NCBI RefSeq assembly: GCF_018861315.1
Contig: NZ_JAHLDL010000001.1
Span: forward strand, 31,923 to 63,922
Origin: Clostridium bowmanii
GTDB taxonomy: Bacteria; Bacillota; Clostridia; Clostridiales; Clostridiaceae
Reading direction: 5' to 3'
Length of the DNA stretch: 32,000 nucleotides
Part shown: positions 17,401 through 26,862 of the stretch, piece after piece
Layout: each line of letters begins with the position of its first letter
Position numbering within the stretch: position 1 is the stretch's first letter
The notes under the pieces: model-generated
Told to the model about the DNA's origin: nothing
The model's database searches: none
Seen by the model: the letters and a program-made list of their open reading frames with translations, nothing else
Position numbers and translations under genes: made by a program

Positions 17401-17781
17401 TTATTGTAATCTCATTTTAGTAATTTCTTTATAATAAGTGATACTTTCAGCTTCATCACTTGTAATTAAATTATCTACAAGTAGTATATTATCAATATCC
17501 ACCATCTTAAAAGCTTTTGTATTTCTATTATGTGCATCGCAAATCTTAATGCTTAGATTCTTTCCATGTTTATCCCCAGTTTTAATTAGGAACAAAACAT
17601 TTTCTTCCTCATCAGAAAGATCTTTAAAGATATTAAAATCTTCATTTATAAGTAAAGAGTTAATAACATCTTTTCTTAAATCACTTTTTATGATTGCTAT
17701 AGTATCATCATGTTTGATGAGATATTCAGAAATAAAACCCACTAACTCCTGCTTTGATTGAAATAATTGTGTATTTGACAT
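17401..17781 (-). CDS. Hypothetical protein (126 aa), family not recognised
   Basis: A strong RBS TAGGGGGT lies about 8 nt before the ATG, and a consensus-like sigma-A promoter sits upstream. The protein is acidic and soluble. Confidence 0.6.
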   Translation of the reverse strand: MSNTQLFQSKQELVGFISEYLIKHDDTIAIIKSDLRKDVINSLLINEDFNIFKDLSDEEENVLFLIKTGDKHGKNLSIKICDAHNRNTKAFKMVDIDNILLVDNLITSDEAESITYYKEITKMRLQ

Positions 17782-17826
17782 TTATATTACCCCCTAAATT
17801 ATTTAACTAAATCGCATCTTTTATAC

Positions 17827-17855
17827 ATTGTATTGCATTTTAATACATAAGTCAA
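17827..17855 (-). promoter_or_regulatory. Sigma-A promoter for the 126-aa orphan
   Basis: On the minus strand: TTGACT (plus 17850-17855), a 17-nt spacer, then TACAAT (plus 17827-17832). Confidence 0.55.
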
Positions 17856-18124
17856 TAGAGTAATATAATATTAAAATTTACATATTGATTATTTTTTACT
17901 TCAGTTCATCTATCCAAGCCATTTATCGTAATATTCTCTTCAGCTCATTTATATTTATATTTCTGTAAATATTTATATATGAATAATTATTCATTAATTT
18001 GTATACATAACGCAATTAAAATTCAAAGTATTACCGCATATGCAATTGACAACCAAGTTTATAACGTTCTATACAATAAATGAAATAGCAATTATGTGGT
18101 TATTTTTTCTTATATTATGCTAAC

Positions 18125-18310
18125 AAAAGTATATATCACGTAGAATACATTTGAATAAGCCGTAGAAATTCACAACTAATTTTATTGAAAGATACGTTAA
18201 GAAAAGTGTATGTTTGAGCGTTAGCGAGTTTACACTTTTTAGTATCTTTCAATAAAATAAGTTTAGAATTTCTAGGCGAAATGAATGCATTCCTAGTGAT
18301 ATATACTTTT
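18125..18310. other. 186-nt almost fully paired rod-shaped inverted repeat (MITE-like element or structured RNA)
   Basis: Perfect complementary blocks: 18125-18139/18296-18310 (15 bp), 18163-18171/18266-18274 (9 bp), 18179-18195/18242-18258 (17 bp) and 18202-18210/18231-18239 (9 bp). The 20-nt apical loop is TGTTTGAGCGTTAGCGAGTT. The segments between the blocks are partly paired. Confidence 0.5.
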
Positions 18311-18347
18311 CGTTATAGCTTAATGCAAGAAAATTTTCAACCCACAA

Positions 18348-19109
18348 TTACCTATCGAATAGGAAGGAATTTATTACTGCTAAATACTCCCTGACAAAGC
18401 AAGTAGGCACAAGCATAGGGTGAAGTGGTGCTGGATAACCATATACTTTTAAGCCCTGCCTTCGTGCTAAAAATTTAGCTCTAAACACATGGAAATTATT
18501 TGTTACAATCGTTATTTTTATATTTTTACTTTTATCTAGTTTTTTTAAAACCTCTGCTGTAAATTTCATATTTTCTAAAGTGTCCGTTGATTTTTCCTCT
18601 TTTATTATCTGAGCACCTGCTACTCCATGGTTAACTAAAAATCTTTTCATAGCCTCTGCTTCAGTAATACTCTCACCAGAACCTTTGCCTCCTGAAACTA
18701 CTATTTTAATGTCAGGATTAATTTCAATATATTTTAAACTAGCATAAAGCCTTTGATAAAGTGCCGTTGAAGGAACTTCACCTCTAAGACCTGCACCTAA
18801 AATCATTAAATAATCACTTTTTTCTTTATGCTTTGATACAGCTGATCCAATTATGAATCCTTCAATAACTACAAAGGAAGCTAGTCCTATAAAAAAGCAT
18901 ATTTTTATTACACTTCGAGTCTTGCCGAGTCTTAATAAAATATATTCTTTTTTACTTTTACTCCTAATCAATCCAAGTGTTATTAATAATATACCCAGAG
19001 CAAAATAAAACTCTGCAAAAGTTACCCTACCTCCAAATATTATTGTTCCTATAAAATAGACTTCACATAATAAGCCTAATGCTATGTATACCTTACCCCT
19101 GTTTTTCAT
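18348..19109 (-). CDS. YdcF/ElyC/SanA-family (DUF218) membrane-anchored protein
   Basis: 253 aa with N-terminal TM helices followed by the DUF218 core ILGAGL...VVSGGKGSGE...STDTLENM...IVTNNFHVFRA. Confidence 0.75.
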   Translation of the reverse strand: MKNRGKVYIALGLLCEVYFIGTIIFGGRVTFAEFYFALGILLITLGLIRSKSKKEYILLRLGKTRSVIKICFFIGLASFVVIEGFIIGSAVSKHKEKSDYLMILGAGLRGEVPSTALYQRLYASLKYIEINPDIKIVVSGGKGSGESITEAEAMKRFLVNHGVAGAQIIKEEKSTDTLENMKFTAEVLKKLDKSKNIKITIVTNNFHVFRAKFLARRQGLKVYGYPAPLHPMLVPTCFVREYLAVINSFLFDR

Positions 19110-19140
19110 GATTTCCCCCTATTTCTATCAAAAACCTTCC

Positions 19141-19884
19141 TTATAATCCAGTTTCTTCATTATTATCTGTCATTATTTTATGGAGTTTATCAGGACAATT
19201 AGTTATAATACCATCAACCTTCATATCTAATAAAAATTTCATTTTCTGTTCTTCATCCACAGTAAACACATTAATCTGAGTTTTGTGCTTTTTAGTTTCT
19301 TTTATTACTTCCTCATTTATAGCAAGAACATATGGATGAATAGCCCTCGCCCCAACAGTTTTTGCATAATTATATGGCTTATAAATTCCTTCCATATACA
19401 ATACTCCTGTATTAATCCCTTTAGATATTTTATTGCACTTAGCTATAGAGTAATGATTAAAACTAGACAAAATAACCCTGCGATTTATTTTATGCTTATA
19501 AATTAAATCAATTAGTTTCTGCTCAATATCTTCATACATTACTATTCCATTTTTAATTTCAAAATTAATAATAATATCACTATCTAAAGTAAAGTAAATA
19601 AGCTCCTCAACTGTAGGTATTTTAGCCCCTGCAAATTCCTCCCCCATCCAGCTTCCAGCATCTAATTTACTTAGTTCCTTATAGGTATAGTCCTTTACTA
19701 GTCCCACTCCATCAGTTGTCCTATTAACCATCTCGTCATGAATAAGTACTAATACACCATCCTTAGTTAACTGTACATCTGTTTCAATGCCCGTAGCTCC
19801 CATCTCTAAAGCCTTTTCAAATGAAAGCATTGTATTTTCTGGGTAATATGCACTTGCCCCTCTGTGTGCAAAATTAATTGTCAT
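19141..19884 (-). CDS. Glycerophosphodiester phosphodiesterase
   Basis: 247 aa. The GDPD signature is present: FAHRGASAYYPENT, GIETDVQLTKDGVLVLIHD and DGIITNCPD. Confidence 0.85.
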   Translation of the reverse strand: MTINFAHRGASAYYPENTMLSFEKALEMGATGIETDVQLTKDGVLVLIHDEMVNRTTDGVGLVKDYTYKELSKLDAGSWMGEEFAGAKIPTVEELIYFTLDSDIIINFEIKNGIVMYEDIEQKLIDLIYKHKINRRVILSSFNHYSIAKCNKISKGINTGVLYMEGIYKPYNYAKTVGARAIHPYVLAINEEVIKETKKHKTQINVFTVDEEQKMKFLLDMKVDGIITNCPDKLHKIMTDNNEETGL

Positions 19885-20051
19885 AATACCAGCCCCCTTC
19901 TCAAAACGTTCTGAACTTTTTATGTAAATCTACTTAAGAGTTGTTCATTCTTTAGTTAAAGTAGTATTGTATTATTTATAAAGTATAATTAAATTATAGC
20001 ATCATTATTCCTTATTTTATGTTATTCATTGTTAAAACATTAAAATTATTT

Positions 20052-20948
20052 TTAAATAAACAATAATGCAACTCCCCCAATTGTTATAGCTGCTCCTAAT
20101 ACCTCTTTTGCTGATACCTTTTCTTTAAATACAATCACAGCAATTGGTATAATTAATATACGTGAAGTCGAAGCAATTGTGGATGCTACACCAGTGGATA
20201 TATATTGAACCGCCAATAAGGATAAAGATACCCCTATAAAAGGACCAAAGAATGACCCTATTGTAATATATTTTATAGCTTTAAAATCTTTTAATGCTAG
20301 TGCTAGGTTACTCCAATTCTTTCTCAAGGTGATTATTATTGCAAAAGCAACTGTAGCAGCAATAATTCGAATTTGAGTGGCAGCAAACGCATCATAACTA
20401 CCCATTCCTAGTTTGCTGAACACCATACCTGCAGCTTGCCCTACAGCGCCAACGAATGCAAAGGAAATGCCTTTAATAGGATGAGATAATTTTACTTTTT
20501 TACCCTTAGTGCCCTTAACTAATATAACAAGAAAGATACCACCCATAGTTATAAACATTCCTATAAGATCTAAAACGGTAAGTCTCTCACCTAAAATAAA
20601 AAATCCGATCAATGCTGTTATTGGTGGCACTACCGCCATAATTAATAAGGATATGCGTGCACCTATAAGCACAAACGCTTCAAATAAAAATAAGTCTCCT
20701 AAAACAAATCCAATAACTCCAGAAATACTTAGCCAAAGCCATGCAGTCACCGATGCATCAAGTGGCAAAAACATCCCTCTAGTAAAGAAGGTAAATATAC
20801 CTATTAACAAAAATGCTATAATAAGTCTTATAAAATTCACAGAAAGTGAACCTACTCTTTTTCCAGCTGCTTCAAAAGCAATAGGAGTTATTGTCCAACA
20901 AATAGCTGTAACAAATGCTGCTGCTTGTCCTATATTAATATCAAACAT
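20052..20948 (-). CDS. DMT-superfamily (EamA-like) transporter
   Basis: 298 aa with about 10 TM helices in two EamA-like halves. A GGGGGA RBS is present. Confidence 0.75.
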   Translation of the reverse strand: MFDINIGQAAAFVTAICWTITPIAFEAAGKRVGSLSVNFIRLIIAFLLIGIFTFFTRGMFLPLDASVTAWLWLSISGVIGFVLGDLFLFEAFVLIGARISLLIMAVVPPITALIGFFILGERLTVLDLIGMFITMGGIFLVILVKGTKGKKVKLSHPIKGISFAFVGAVGQAAGMVFSKLGMGSYDAFAATQIRIIAATVAFAIIITLRKNWSNLALALKDFKAIKYITIGSFFGPFIGVSLSLLAVQYISTGVASTIASTSRILIIPIAVIVFKEKVSAKEVLGAAITIGGVALLFI

Positions 20949-21040
20949 ATATATCCCCCTAACCCTTTATTTCTATTCTAAGAATATCATATTTTATTTT
21001 AAAACTCACTATATTTCTTCGGCACTCGAAATAAATTGTT

Positions 21041-21742
21041 TTATTCTCGTTCGTAAATACTAAATAATATAAGAGCAAAGACTAACACAATTACAGCACC
21101 CCATATTGCTTTAACCCCAAAATTTAATGTTAAGAGTCCACCTAAAAATGCCCCAAATAAAAATGAAATAACTATAGTAAAAAGACGAATACTACGAATA
21201 GCTGATACACGATCTTTCTTGACAAAAGCAATATATGCCGCCTTCGAAGCTGATCGTAAATTTCCTGTGGACATAGTTGAACTATATGCAGAATCAACTA
21301 GTTTAGGAAATGAAGCTACTTGAACCGAAGCCATAAACGAAACTGTAACAGTCACAATGATATTTGGAATAGTATTAGGTATAAATCCTATGATAAAAAA
21401 GACTATAATTTCAAAAATTAAAACTGCCCGTTGCCAACTTAATATAAATAAGCATGATGAATTATCTTGTATTGATTGGGTGGTAATTATTCCAATTATA
21501 AAAGCAAATATAGGTGGAATATGAGCCAATGCATGCATCAATTCTCCTTTCGAAGCATATATAGCTACGAGCACAATATTTCCAGTTTGGGCATTAGCAA
21601 AAACACCACCCCTTCCTATGTATGTATAAGAATCCAAAAATCCACCCACAATTGCAAGGAGTATTCCAAATCGGAAAGATTCATGGATCTTATGTTGTGA
21701 ATGTAGATTTCTTTGTATTATATTAAAACCATTGTGTATCAA
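21041..21742 (-). CDS. YoaK-family (DUF1275) membrane protein
   Basis: The ORF is 21041-21781. GGAGG lies 9 nt before an in-frame TTG at 21742. The motif FLDSYTYIGRGGVFANAQTGN is typical of DUF1275. Confidence 0.7.
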   Translation of the reverse strand: MIHNGFNIIQRNLHSQHKIHESFRFGILLAIVGGFLDSYTYIGRGGVFANAQTGNIVLVAIYASKGELMHALAHIPPIFAFIIGIITTQSIQDNSSCLFILSWQRAVLIFEIIVFFIIGFIPNTIPNIIVTVTVSFMASVQVASFPKLVDSAYSSTMSTGNLRSASKAAYIAFVKKDRVSAIRSIRLFTIVISFLFGAFLGGLLTLNFGVKAIWGAVIVLVFALILFSIYERE

Positions 21743-21904
21743 AATTCTAAGCCTCCATTTATAGTCACCTATTATAGTCACCTATTTTTATGATTAAACC
21801 TTAATATTATCATAATATAGTATAAAAATAAAAAAATAAAGATATCTTTATCTTTATTTTAACACATATTAGAATTCTCTATAAATTAAAAAAATTGATA
21901 AAGA

Positions 21905-21947
21905 GATTGCATATTCATATAGTTTTTAATCATATGAATATGCAATC
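21905..21947 (-). terminator. Terminator of the phosphorylase/ABC/pgmB operon
   Basis: A 16-bp perfect stem, GATTGCATATTCATAT (21905-21920) with ATATGAATATGCAATC (21932-21947). Both flanks are T-rich. Confidence 0.8.
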
Positions 21948-21984
21948 CCTTTATTTTTTAACATACTCCATTTTCCACAGTAAA

Positions 21985-22632
21985 TTAAAATTCAATTATA
22001 TCAATATGAGCATCACTTAGACCCTCAAAGATTTTGTCGGCATTTAATAGTACACCCTTTTGTCCTATTCCAATCACCTTCATATTTGCAGCTTTTGCTG
22101 CATCTATTCCAGCCTGCGCATCCTCGAATACAACACATTCTGAGGGCTGAACCTTAAGTTCACTTGCTCCTAGCAAAAACACCTCTGGATCAGGCTTTGC
22201 TTTTGATACCTTATTACCATCTACTATAGCATCAAAATATGAAGTTAAATTCAGATTATTTAGTATCATCATTGAGTTCTTTGAAGCTGACCCTAATGCA
22301 ATTTTTATGCCATTTCTTCTTAATTCTATTAAGAAATCTTTAACCCCAGGCAATATTTCTGATTCATCTAGTTTAGATATGTACTCCACATACCAACTAT
22401 TCTTCTCCTGGGCCATCATTATTTTTTTTCCCTCACTAGGATTAACCTTCCCTATTGATAATAATATTTCTAAAGACCTCATTCTGCTAACGCCCTTCAG
22501 CCTCTCATTATCTTCTTTAGTAAAATCAAACCCTAAGCTGCTAGCAAGTCTCTTCCATGCTAAATAATGATATTTTGCTGTATCCACTACTACTCCATCT
22601 AAATCGAATAAACATGCTTTTATTTTGTTCAT
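21985..22632 (-). CDS. pgmB: Beta-phosphoglucomutase
   Basis: A 215-aa HAD-family protein with motif I FDLDGVVVDT, then GSASKN and FEDAQAGI. It is in an operon with a GH65 phosphorylase, which is the classic pairing. Confidence 0.85.
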   Translation of the reverse strand: MNKIKACLFDLDGVVVDTAKYHYLAWKRLASSLGFDFTKEDNERLKGVSRMRSLEILLSIGKVNPSEGKKIMMAQEKNSWYVEYISKLDESEILPGVKDFLIELRRNGIKIALGSASKNSMMILNNLNLTSYFDAIVDGNKVSKAKPDPEVFLLGASELKVQPSECVVFEDAQAGIDAAKAANMKVIGIGQKGVLLNADKIFEGLSDAHIDIIEF

Positions 22633-22668
22633 AGAAATTCCTCCGTCAAATATTGTATTTGTAATTTT

Positions 22669-23496
22669 TTATTCTTTACTACCTGTGCTAGCAATACCTT
22701 TAATAAAATTCTTTTGAAATATTAAAAATACTAGTATCATAGGTAATGATAATAACATTGCTCCAGCTAAAACCTGGTCCCATAATTGAAAATATTGTCC
22801 ATAAAAAGAGTTTAACCCAACTGGTAATGTGTACATATCCTCTGACGCTGCAAGTAAACTTGGCCACAAGAAACTATTCCAGTTACCTGTAAACATCAAT
22901 ATAAATTGTGTGGTTAAGGCTGCTGTTGCCGTAGGCATTATTATTCTAAAAAAGGTTCCAAATCTACCTAATCCATCTATAGCTGCTGCTTCTTCTAGTG
23001 ACTTAGGTATACTAAGGAAAAATTGCCTCATTAAAAATATTCCAAACATACTAGTTAAAAATGGTATGGTAAGTCCTTTGTAAGTATTAATCCACCCAAG
23101 CTTACTTAGTAACATATATGTAGGCACCATAACTACCTGCCCAGGAATCATCATCATTCCAAGCATGGCTAAAAATATAGACTTCTTTCCTGGGAAATTA
23201 ATTCTTGCTAGAGCATATCCAGCCATTGAATTAAATAATAAGTTTCCAAGGGTACACACCAATGCAACTATAATACTATTGAGCATCCATCTGGAAAAAG
23301 GAAAGTTTGCAAATATAAATTTATAGTTTTTAAAGGATAATGTACTAAAATCAACTGTAAATTTATTAACCTCTGAAGATGGCTTAAGTGAAATAATAAA
23401 ACTCCATAGGAATGGCCCAAGAGTTATTACAGCATATGATATCAGTATTATATAAAACAATATTCTAAGTGGTGATATTTTTTTTGACTTTTTCAT
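22669..23496 (-). CDS. Carbohydrate ABC transporter permease (MalG/CUT1 type)
   Basis: 275 aa with 6 TM helices and the EAA-loop LEEAAAIDGLGRFGTFFRIIMP. Confidence 0.88.
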   Translation of the reverse strand: MKKSKKISPLRILFYIILISYAVITLGPFLWSFIISLKPSSEVNKFTVDFSTLSFKNYKFIFANFPFSRWMLNSIIVALVCTLGNLLFNSMAGYALARINFPGKKSIFLAMLGMMMIPGQVVMVPTYMLLSKLGWINTYKGLTIPFLTSMFGIFLMRQFFLSIPKSLEEAAAIDGLGRFGTFFRIIMPTATAALTTQFILMFTGNWNSFLWPSLLAASEDMYTLPVGLNSFYGQYFQLWDQVLAGAMLLSLPMILVFLIFQKNFIKGIASTGSKE

Positions 23497-23508
23497 AGCT
23501 CTACCTCC

Positions 23509-24465
23509 CTAATTTGCTTCTTCCTCTTTGAATATCTTCTTTTCTATTATTGTCAGTGTGAATAGTATTGCGAAAATAACAAATGCTATGGCTGAAGCAT
23601 AACCCATTTCAGATTCTTTAAATGCTTTATTATACAAGTATAAAACCATAGTCATAGTACTGTCTAAGGGGCCTCCATTACCACCAGAGATTATATATGA
23701 TTGGTCAAACATTTGAAGTGTTCCTATAACTGATACTACTAAATTAAAGAAAAACGTTGGTTTAATTAGTGGTAATGTTATTTTAAAGAACCTTTGAAGC
23801 TTATTGGCTCCATCTATTTCTGCAGCTTCATATAATGTTTGTGGAATCTCTTGAAGTCCTGATAAAAATATTATCATATATACTCCAACTGAAGACCATA
23901 CAGCCATTAGTACTATAGCTCCCAATGCAAATTTAGGTTCTGTAAACCAATTTTTAGGGACTATCCCGAATATTGAGATAAACTTATTAAAAAGCCCATC
24001 AACCTTGAATAAAAACAGAAATATAAGTGACACCGCAACAGCAGATGTTAGTGTTGGTATATAATAAGCTACTCTAAAAAAAGTTTTTGCCTTAATCTTA
24101 GAATCCACTACCATTGCAAGTAATAATGCTATAACTAACTGTAGTGGTACGGCACATAATGAATATATAAAAGTATTTTTCAGAGATTTTAAAAATATTG
24201 GGTCTTTAAATACTCTTAAATAATTATCAAAGCCAACATTTTTGGCACTTAAAAATGATGTTCTGTCTAATAATGCATACTCCTTAAAACTTAATATAAA
24301 TGCCACAATTAACGGCCCTATTAAAAATACTAGGGCAGAAATTACAAAAGGAGCTATGAATAACCACCCATCTAATTTTTCTCTTGTCCTATTGGTTATA
24401 AATTTCTTTGGAGCTTTCTTTAGTCTTATGGACTCATTTTCGGTAGGTGTTTTTGCTGAGAACAT
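23509..24465 (-). CDS. Carbohydrate ABC transporter permease (MalF/CUT1 type)
   Basis: 318 aa with the EAA-loop LYEAAEIDGANKLQRFFKITLP. An AGGAGGG RBS is present. Confidence 0.88.
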   Translation of the reverse strand: MFSAKTPTENESIRLKKAPKKFITNRTREKLDGWLFIAPFVISALVFLIGPLIVAFILSFKEYALLDRTSFLSAKNVGFDNYLRVFKDPIFLKSLKNTFIYSLCAVPLQLVIALLLAMVVDSKIKAKTFFRVAYYIPTLTSAVAVSLIFLFLFKVDGLFNKFISIFGIVPKNWFTEPKFALGAIVLMAVWSSVGVYMIIFLSGLQEIPQTLYEAAEIDGANKLQRFFKITLPLIKPTFFFNLVVSVIGTLQMFDQSYIISGGNGGPLDSTMTMVLYLYNKAFKESEMGYASAIAFVIFAILFTLTIIEKKIFKEEEAN

Positions 24466-24518
24466 AATATCCCTCCTTTTAAAATAGGAAGCATGAAATC
24501 ATGCCTCCTATCCTAGTA

Positions 24519-25760
24519 TTATTGTACTGCTTTGAATGCTTCATCTAATGCAGTTTTAGCATCTGGGTTTTTTCCAAGACGTAATCTTTCTCCTGCTTTT
24601 CCAAGTTCAAGATTAATCTTAGCAAATTTCAAACCATAAGAATATGGGGTTGCATATTTAGTACCATCTACTAATGCTTTTCTTTCTGGGAATTTATCTG
24701 TATAAACAGATCCCATTGAAGTTCTTGTTGGTATTGCAAGACCCGAATTTGCTACCATTTCTTGTGATGTTTTACCTGTTAAGAATTTAATAGCCTCTGC
24801 TGCTTCTTTAGGATGTTTTGTATTTGTGCTCATAGAGTATGAAACCGTAAATAACATATTACCTTGTTTTTGTCCTTTTGGAAGCTCTGCAATTCCGTAT
24901 TCAACTTTTGGCGCGGTTTCTTTCATAAAGGGAATCATCCATCCGCCTTCTACTACCATAGCTGCATTGCCCTTAGCAAGTGAATCACCAGGCCATCCAT
25001 CTCCTAAATCCTTTGGTGTTGCTGCATATCCTTTTTTGATCATTGAATAGTAAAATTCAAGTCCCTTTGCAGCTTCTGGTGTATTAAATGCCATCTTATC
25101 TCCATCAACAATATTGCCGCCTGCTTGGAATATGAAAGGAGCAAATCTTGCTGAGTCATCAGGTAATGATAGAGCTTTTACCTTTCCCTTTGATAATTTT
25201 TTAGAAACCTCTTCAAACTCTGCCCAAGTTTTTGGTGGTGTAGTAATTCCAGCATCAGCAAACATTTTCTTATTATAGAAAAGTCCTAATGAATTAAAAT
25301 CTTTTGGCAGACCATAGGTTTTACCATCTTTTTGAAATCCTTCTAGTAGGTTAGGGTAAAAATCTTTTAAATCTTCTTTATCTAAGTACTCATCTAGTGG
25401 TGCAACTACTCCTTTATCAATAAAAGATGGTGCCAATGATACATCTAAATAGAATAAGTCGGCTTCAGTCTTCGCTGCTATTTTAGTCTGCATAACTTGA
25501 TTATAATCTCCTACAGCAACTTCTTTTTTAAGTGTAATTTTTTTACTCTTATTTGCTACATTAAATGCAGCTATTTGTTCATCAATAAGCTTAGTTTCTG
25601 TGGGTGATGAACCCCATACTTGAACTTTTAAAGTAACTGGTCCAGCAGGAGCTGTAGATTTTGCTTTATCATCCACCTTAGCCTTATTACCACAACCTAC
25701 AAATATTGTAGCTGTTAATGCTACTGAACATATTAATGCAATTATTCTATTCCTTTTCAT
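24519..25760 (-). CDS. Sugar ABC transporter solute-binding lipoprotein
   Basis: 413 aa with a signal peptide and lipobox (TIFVGCGN). It has the fold of family-1 extracellular solute-binding proteins. Confidence 0.88.
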   Translation of the reverse strand: MKRNRIIALICSVALTATIFVGCGNKAKVDDKAKSTAPAGPVTLKVQVWGSSPTETKLIDEQIAAFNVANKSKKITLKKEVAVGDYNQVMQTKIAAKTEADLFYLDVSLAPSFIDKGVVAPLDEYLDKEDLKDFYPNLLEGFQKDGKTYGLPKDFNSLGLFYNKKMFADAGITTPPKTWAEFEEVSKKLSKGKVKALSLPDDSARFAPFIFQAGGNIVDGDKMAFNTPEAAKGLEFYYSMIKKGYAATPKDLGDGWPGDSLAKGNAAMVVEGGWMIPFMKETAPKVEYGIAELPKGQKQGNMLFTVSYSMSTNTKHPKEAAEAIKFLTGKTSQEMVANSGLAIPTRTSMGSVYTDKFPERKALVDGTKYATPYSYGLKFAKINLELGKAGERLRLGKNPDAKTALDEAFKAVQ

Positions 25761-25793
25761 AAAAAATTTCCCCCTTATTATTTGTTATTTGAT

Positions 25794-26804
25794 CTATATT
25801 TGTATTGATGATTCTCTTTCAATTAACTCAGGCTCTATTATAACCCTGCCTAAATACTGTTCTGATATTATACTTAAAATTAAATTAGCTGCAGCTTTAC
25901 CTATTTTTTCTCTGTCTTGCCTAATGGTCGTAAGTTTGGGTGTGACAAAGTTGCATAAATTAATATCATCGAAGCCTACTATGGATATATCTTTCGGTAT
26001 ATCATAGCCCATATTCTTTAACCCCTCTATTGCTCCAAGGGCCATTAAATCACTAGCACAATATATGGCGGTTATGTCTTTATGATTTTTAATAAGCTCC
26101 ATCACAGCAGTTTTTCCTCCTTCATAGGAGAACCCACCGTTAACTATAAAGTCATCTTCAATTTTGATACCTCTTCTACTTAATGCCAAATAATATCCGT
26201 CTAATCTTTCATAACTAACTAGTGCCTCTTTATGTCCATTTATAAAACCAATTTTTGTGTGACCTCTTTCCAAAAGATGCTCTACAGCAAGGCTTGAACC
26301 TTTTATATTATCAACACCAACGCACCCTACTTTAGGATTTTTTATGAATACGTCGTGCAGTACACAAGGATAAGATATACTTTCTAGTTGCCTGAAATAA
26401 TCATCTGTCATTTTAAGTCCGAGTATTAACGCACCATCTAACTGTTTTTCTTTAAATAGTTTTTCAAGCTTTTGGCCCTTTTGCATATCAGAGGTTGTAG
26501 AAAGTATTACTGTTTCATATCCATGCTTTGAAACCACTGACTTAAAGGCCATAAACATTTCATATACTATATAATCGCTTTCATTGTAATCTTCCACCAA
26601 AAGCGCTAACCTGTAATTTTTTGTTCCACTTAAACTTTTAGCAATTATATTAGGTCTATATTCTAATTTATCTGCAATTTCTAAAATATTTTTTCTAGTG
26701 GCTTCGCTTATGTCTGCATAATTATTAAAGGCTCTGGATACTGTACTTATAGATACTCCTGCTTGTTTTGCAACATCTTTTATAGTAATAATTTTTTTCT
26801 CCAT
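25794..26804 (-). CDS. LacI-family transcriptional regulator
   Basis: 336 aa. The N-terminal HTH reads ITIKDVAKQAGVSISTVSRAFNN, and the C-terminus is a periplasmic-binding-protein-like sugar sensor domain. Confidence 0.9.
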   Translation of the reverse strand: MEKKIITIKDVAKQAGVSISTVSRAFNNYADISEATRKNILEIADKLEYRPNIIAKSLSGTKNYRLALLVEDYNESDYIVYEMFMAFKSVVSKHGYETVILSTTSDMQKGQKLEKLFKEKQLDGALILGLKMTDDYFRQLESISYPCVLHDVFIKNPKVGCVGVDNIKGSSLAVEHLLERGHTKIGFINGHKEALVSYERLDGYYLALSRRGIKIEDDFIVNGGFSYEGGKTAVMELIKNHKDITAIYCASDLMALGAIEGLKNMGYDIPKDISIVGFDDINLCNFVTPKLTTIRQDREKIGKAAANLILSIISEQYLGRVIIEPELIERESSIQI

Positions 26805-26862
26805 TTTGATTTCCTTTCATATAACGAATTTAATCTATAAGTACTATTCTCCACCTTTTCTT

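Noticed and set aside
17979-17994. A perfect 16-bp palindrome, ATGAATAATTATTCAT, as a possible operator.
   Set aside because: It is composed almost entirely of A/T in a very AT-rich 566-nt gap. It lies more than 120 nt upstream of the mapped promoter. A chance palindrome is plausible, and I saw no second copy.
20509-21063. A 184-aa plus-strand ORF, together with the other antisense or embedded track ORFs: 1388-1615, 2132-2434, 2624-2815, 3913-4146, 5257-5660, 10453-10665, 11159-11551, 14062-14381, 14756-15052, 15779-15982, 17438-17761, 19285-19506, 21476-21700, 22307-22567, 22829-23083, 24242-24487, 24826-25050, 25789-26007, 26975-27960 and 30645-30953.
   Set aside because: All of these overlap well-supported genes on the opposite strand. 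They lack RBSs and have low-complexity, mirror-codon compositions. Such shadow ORFs are typical of AT-rich genomes.
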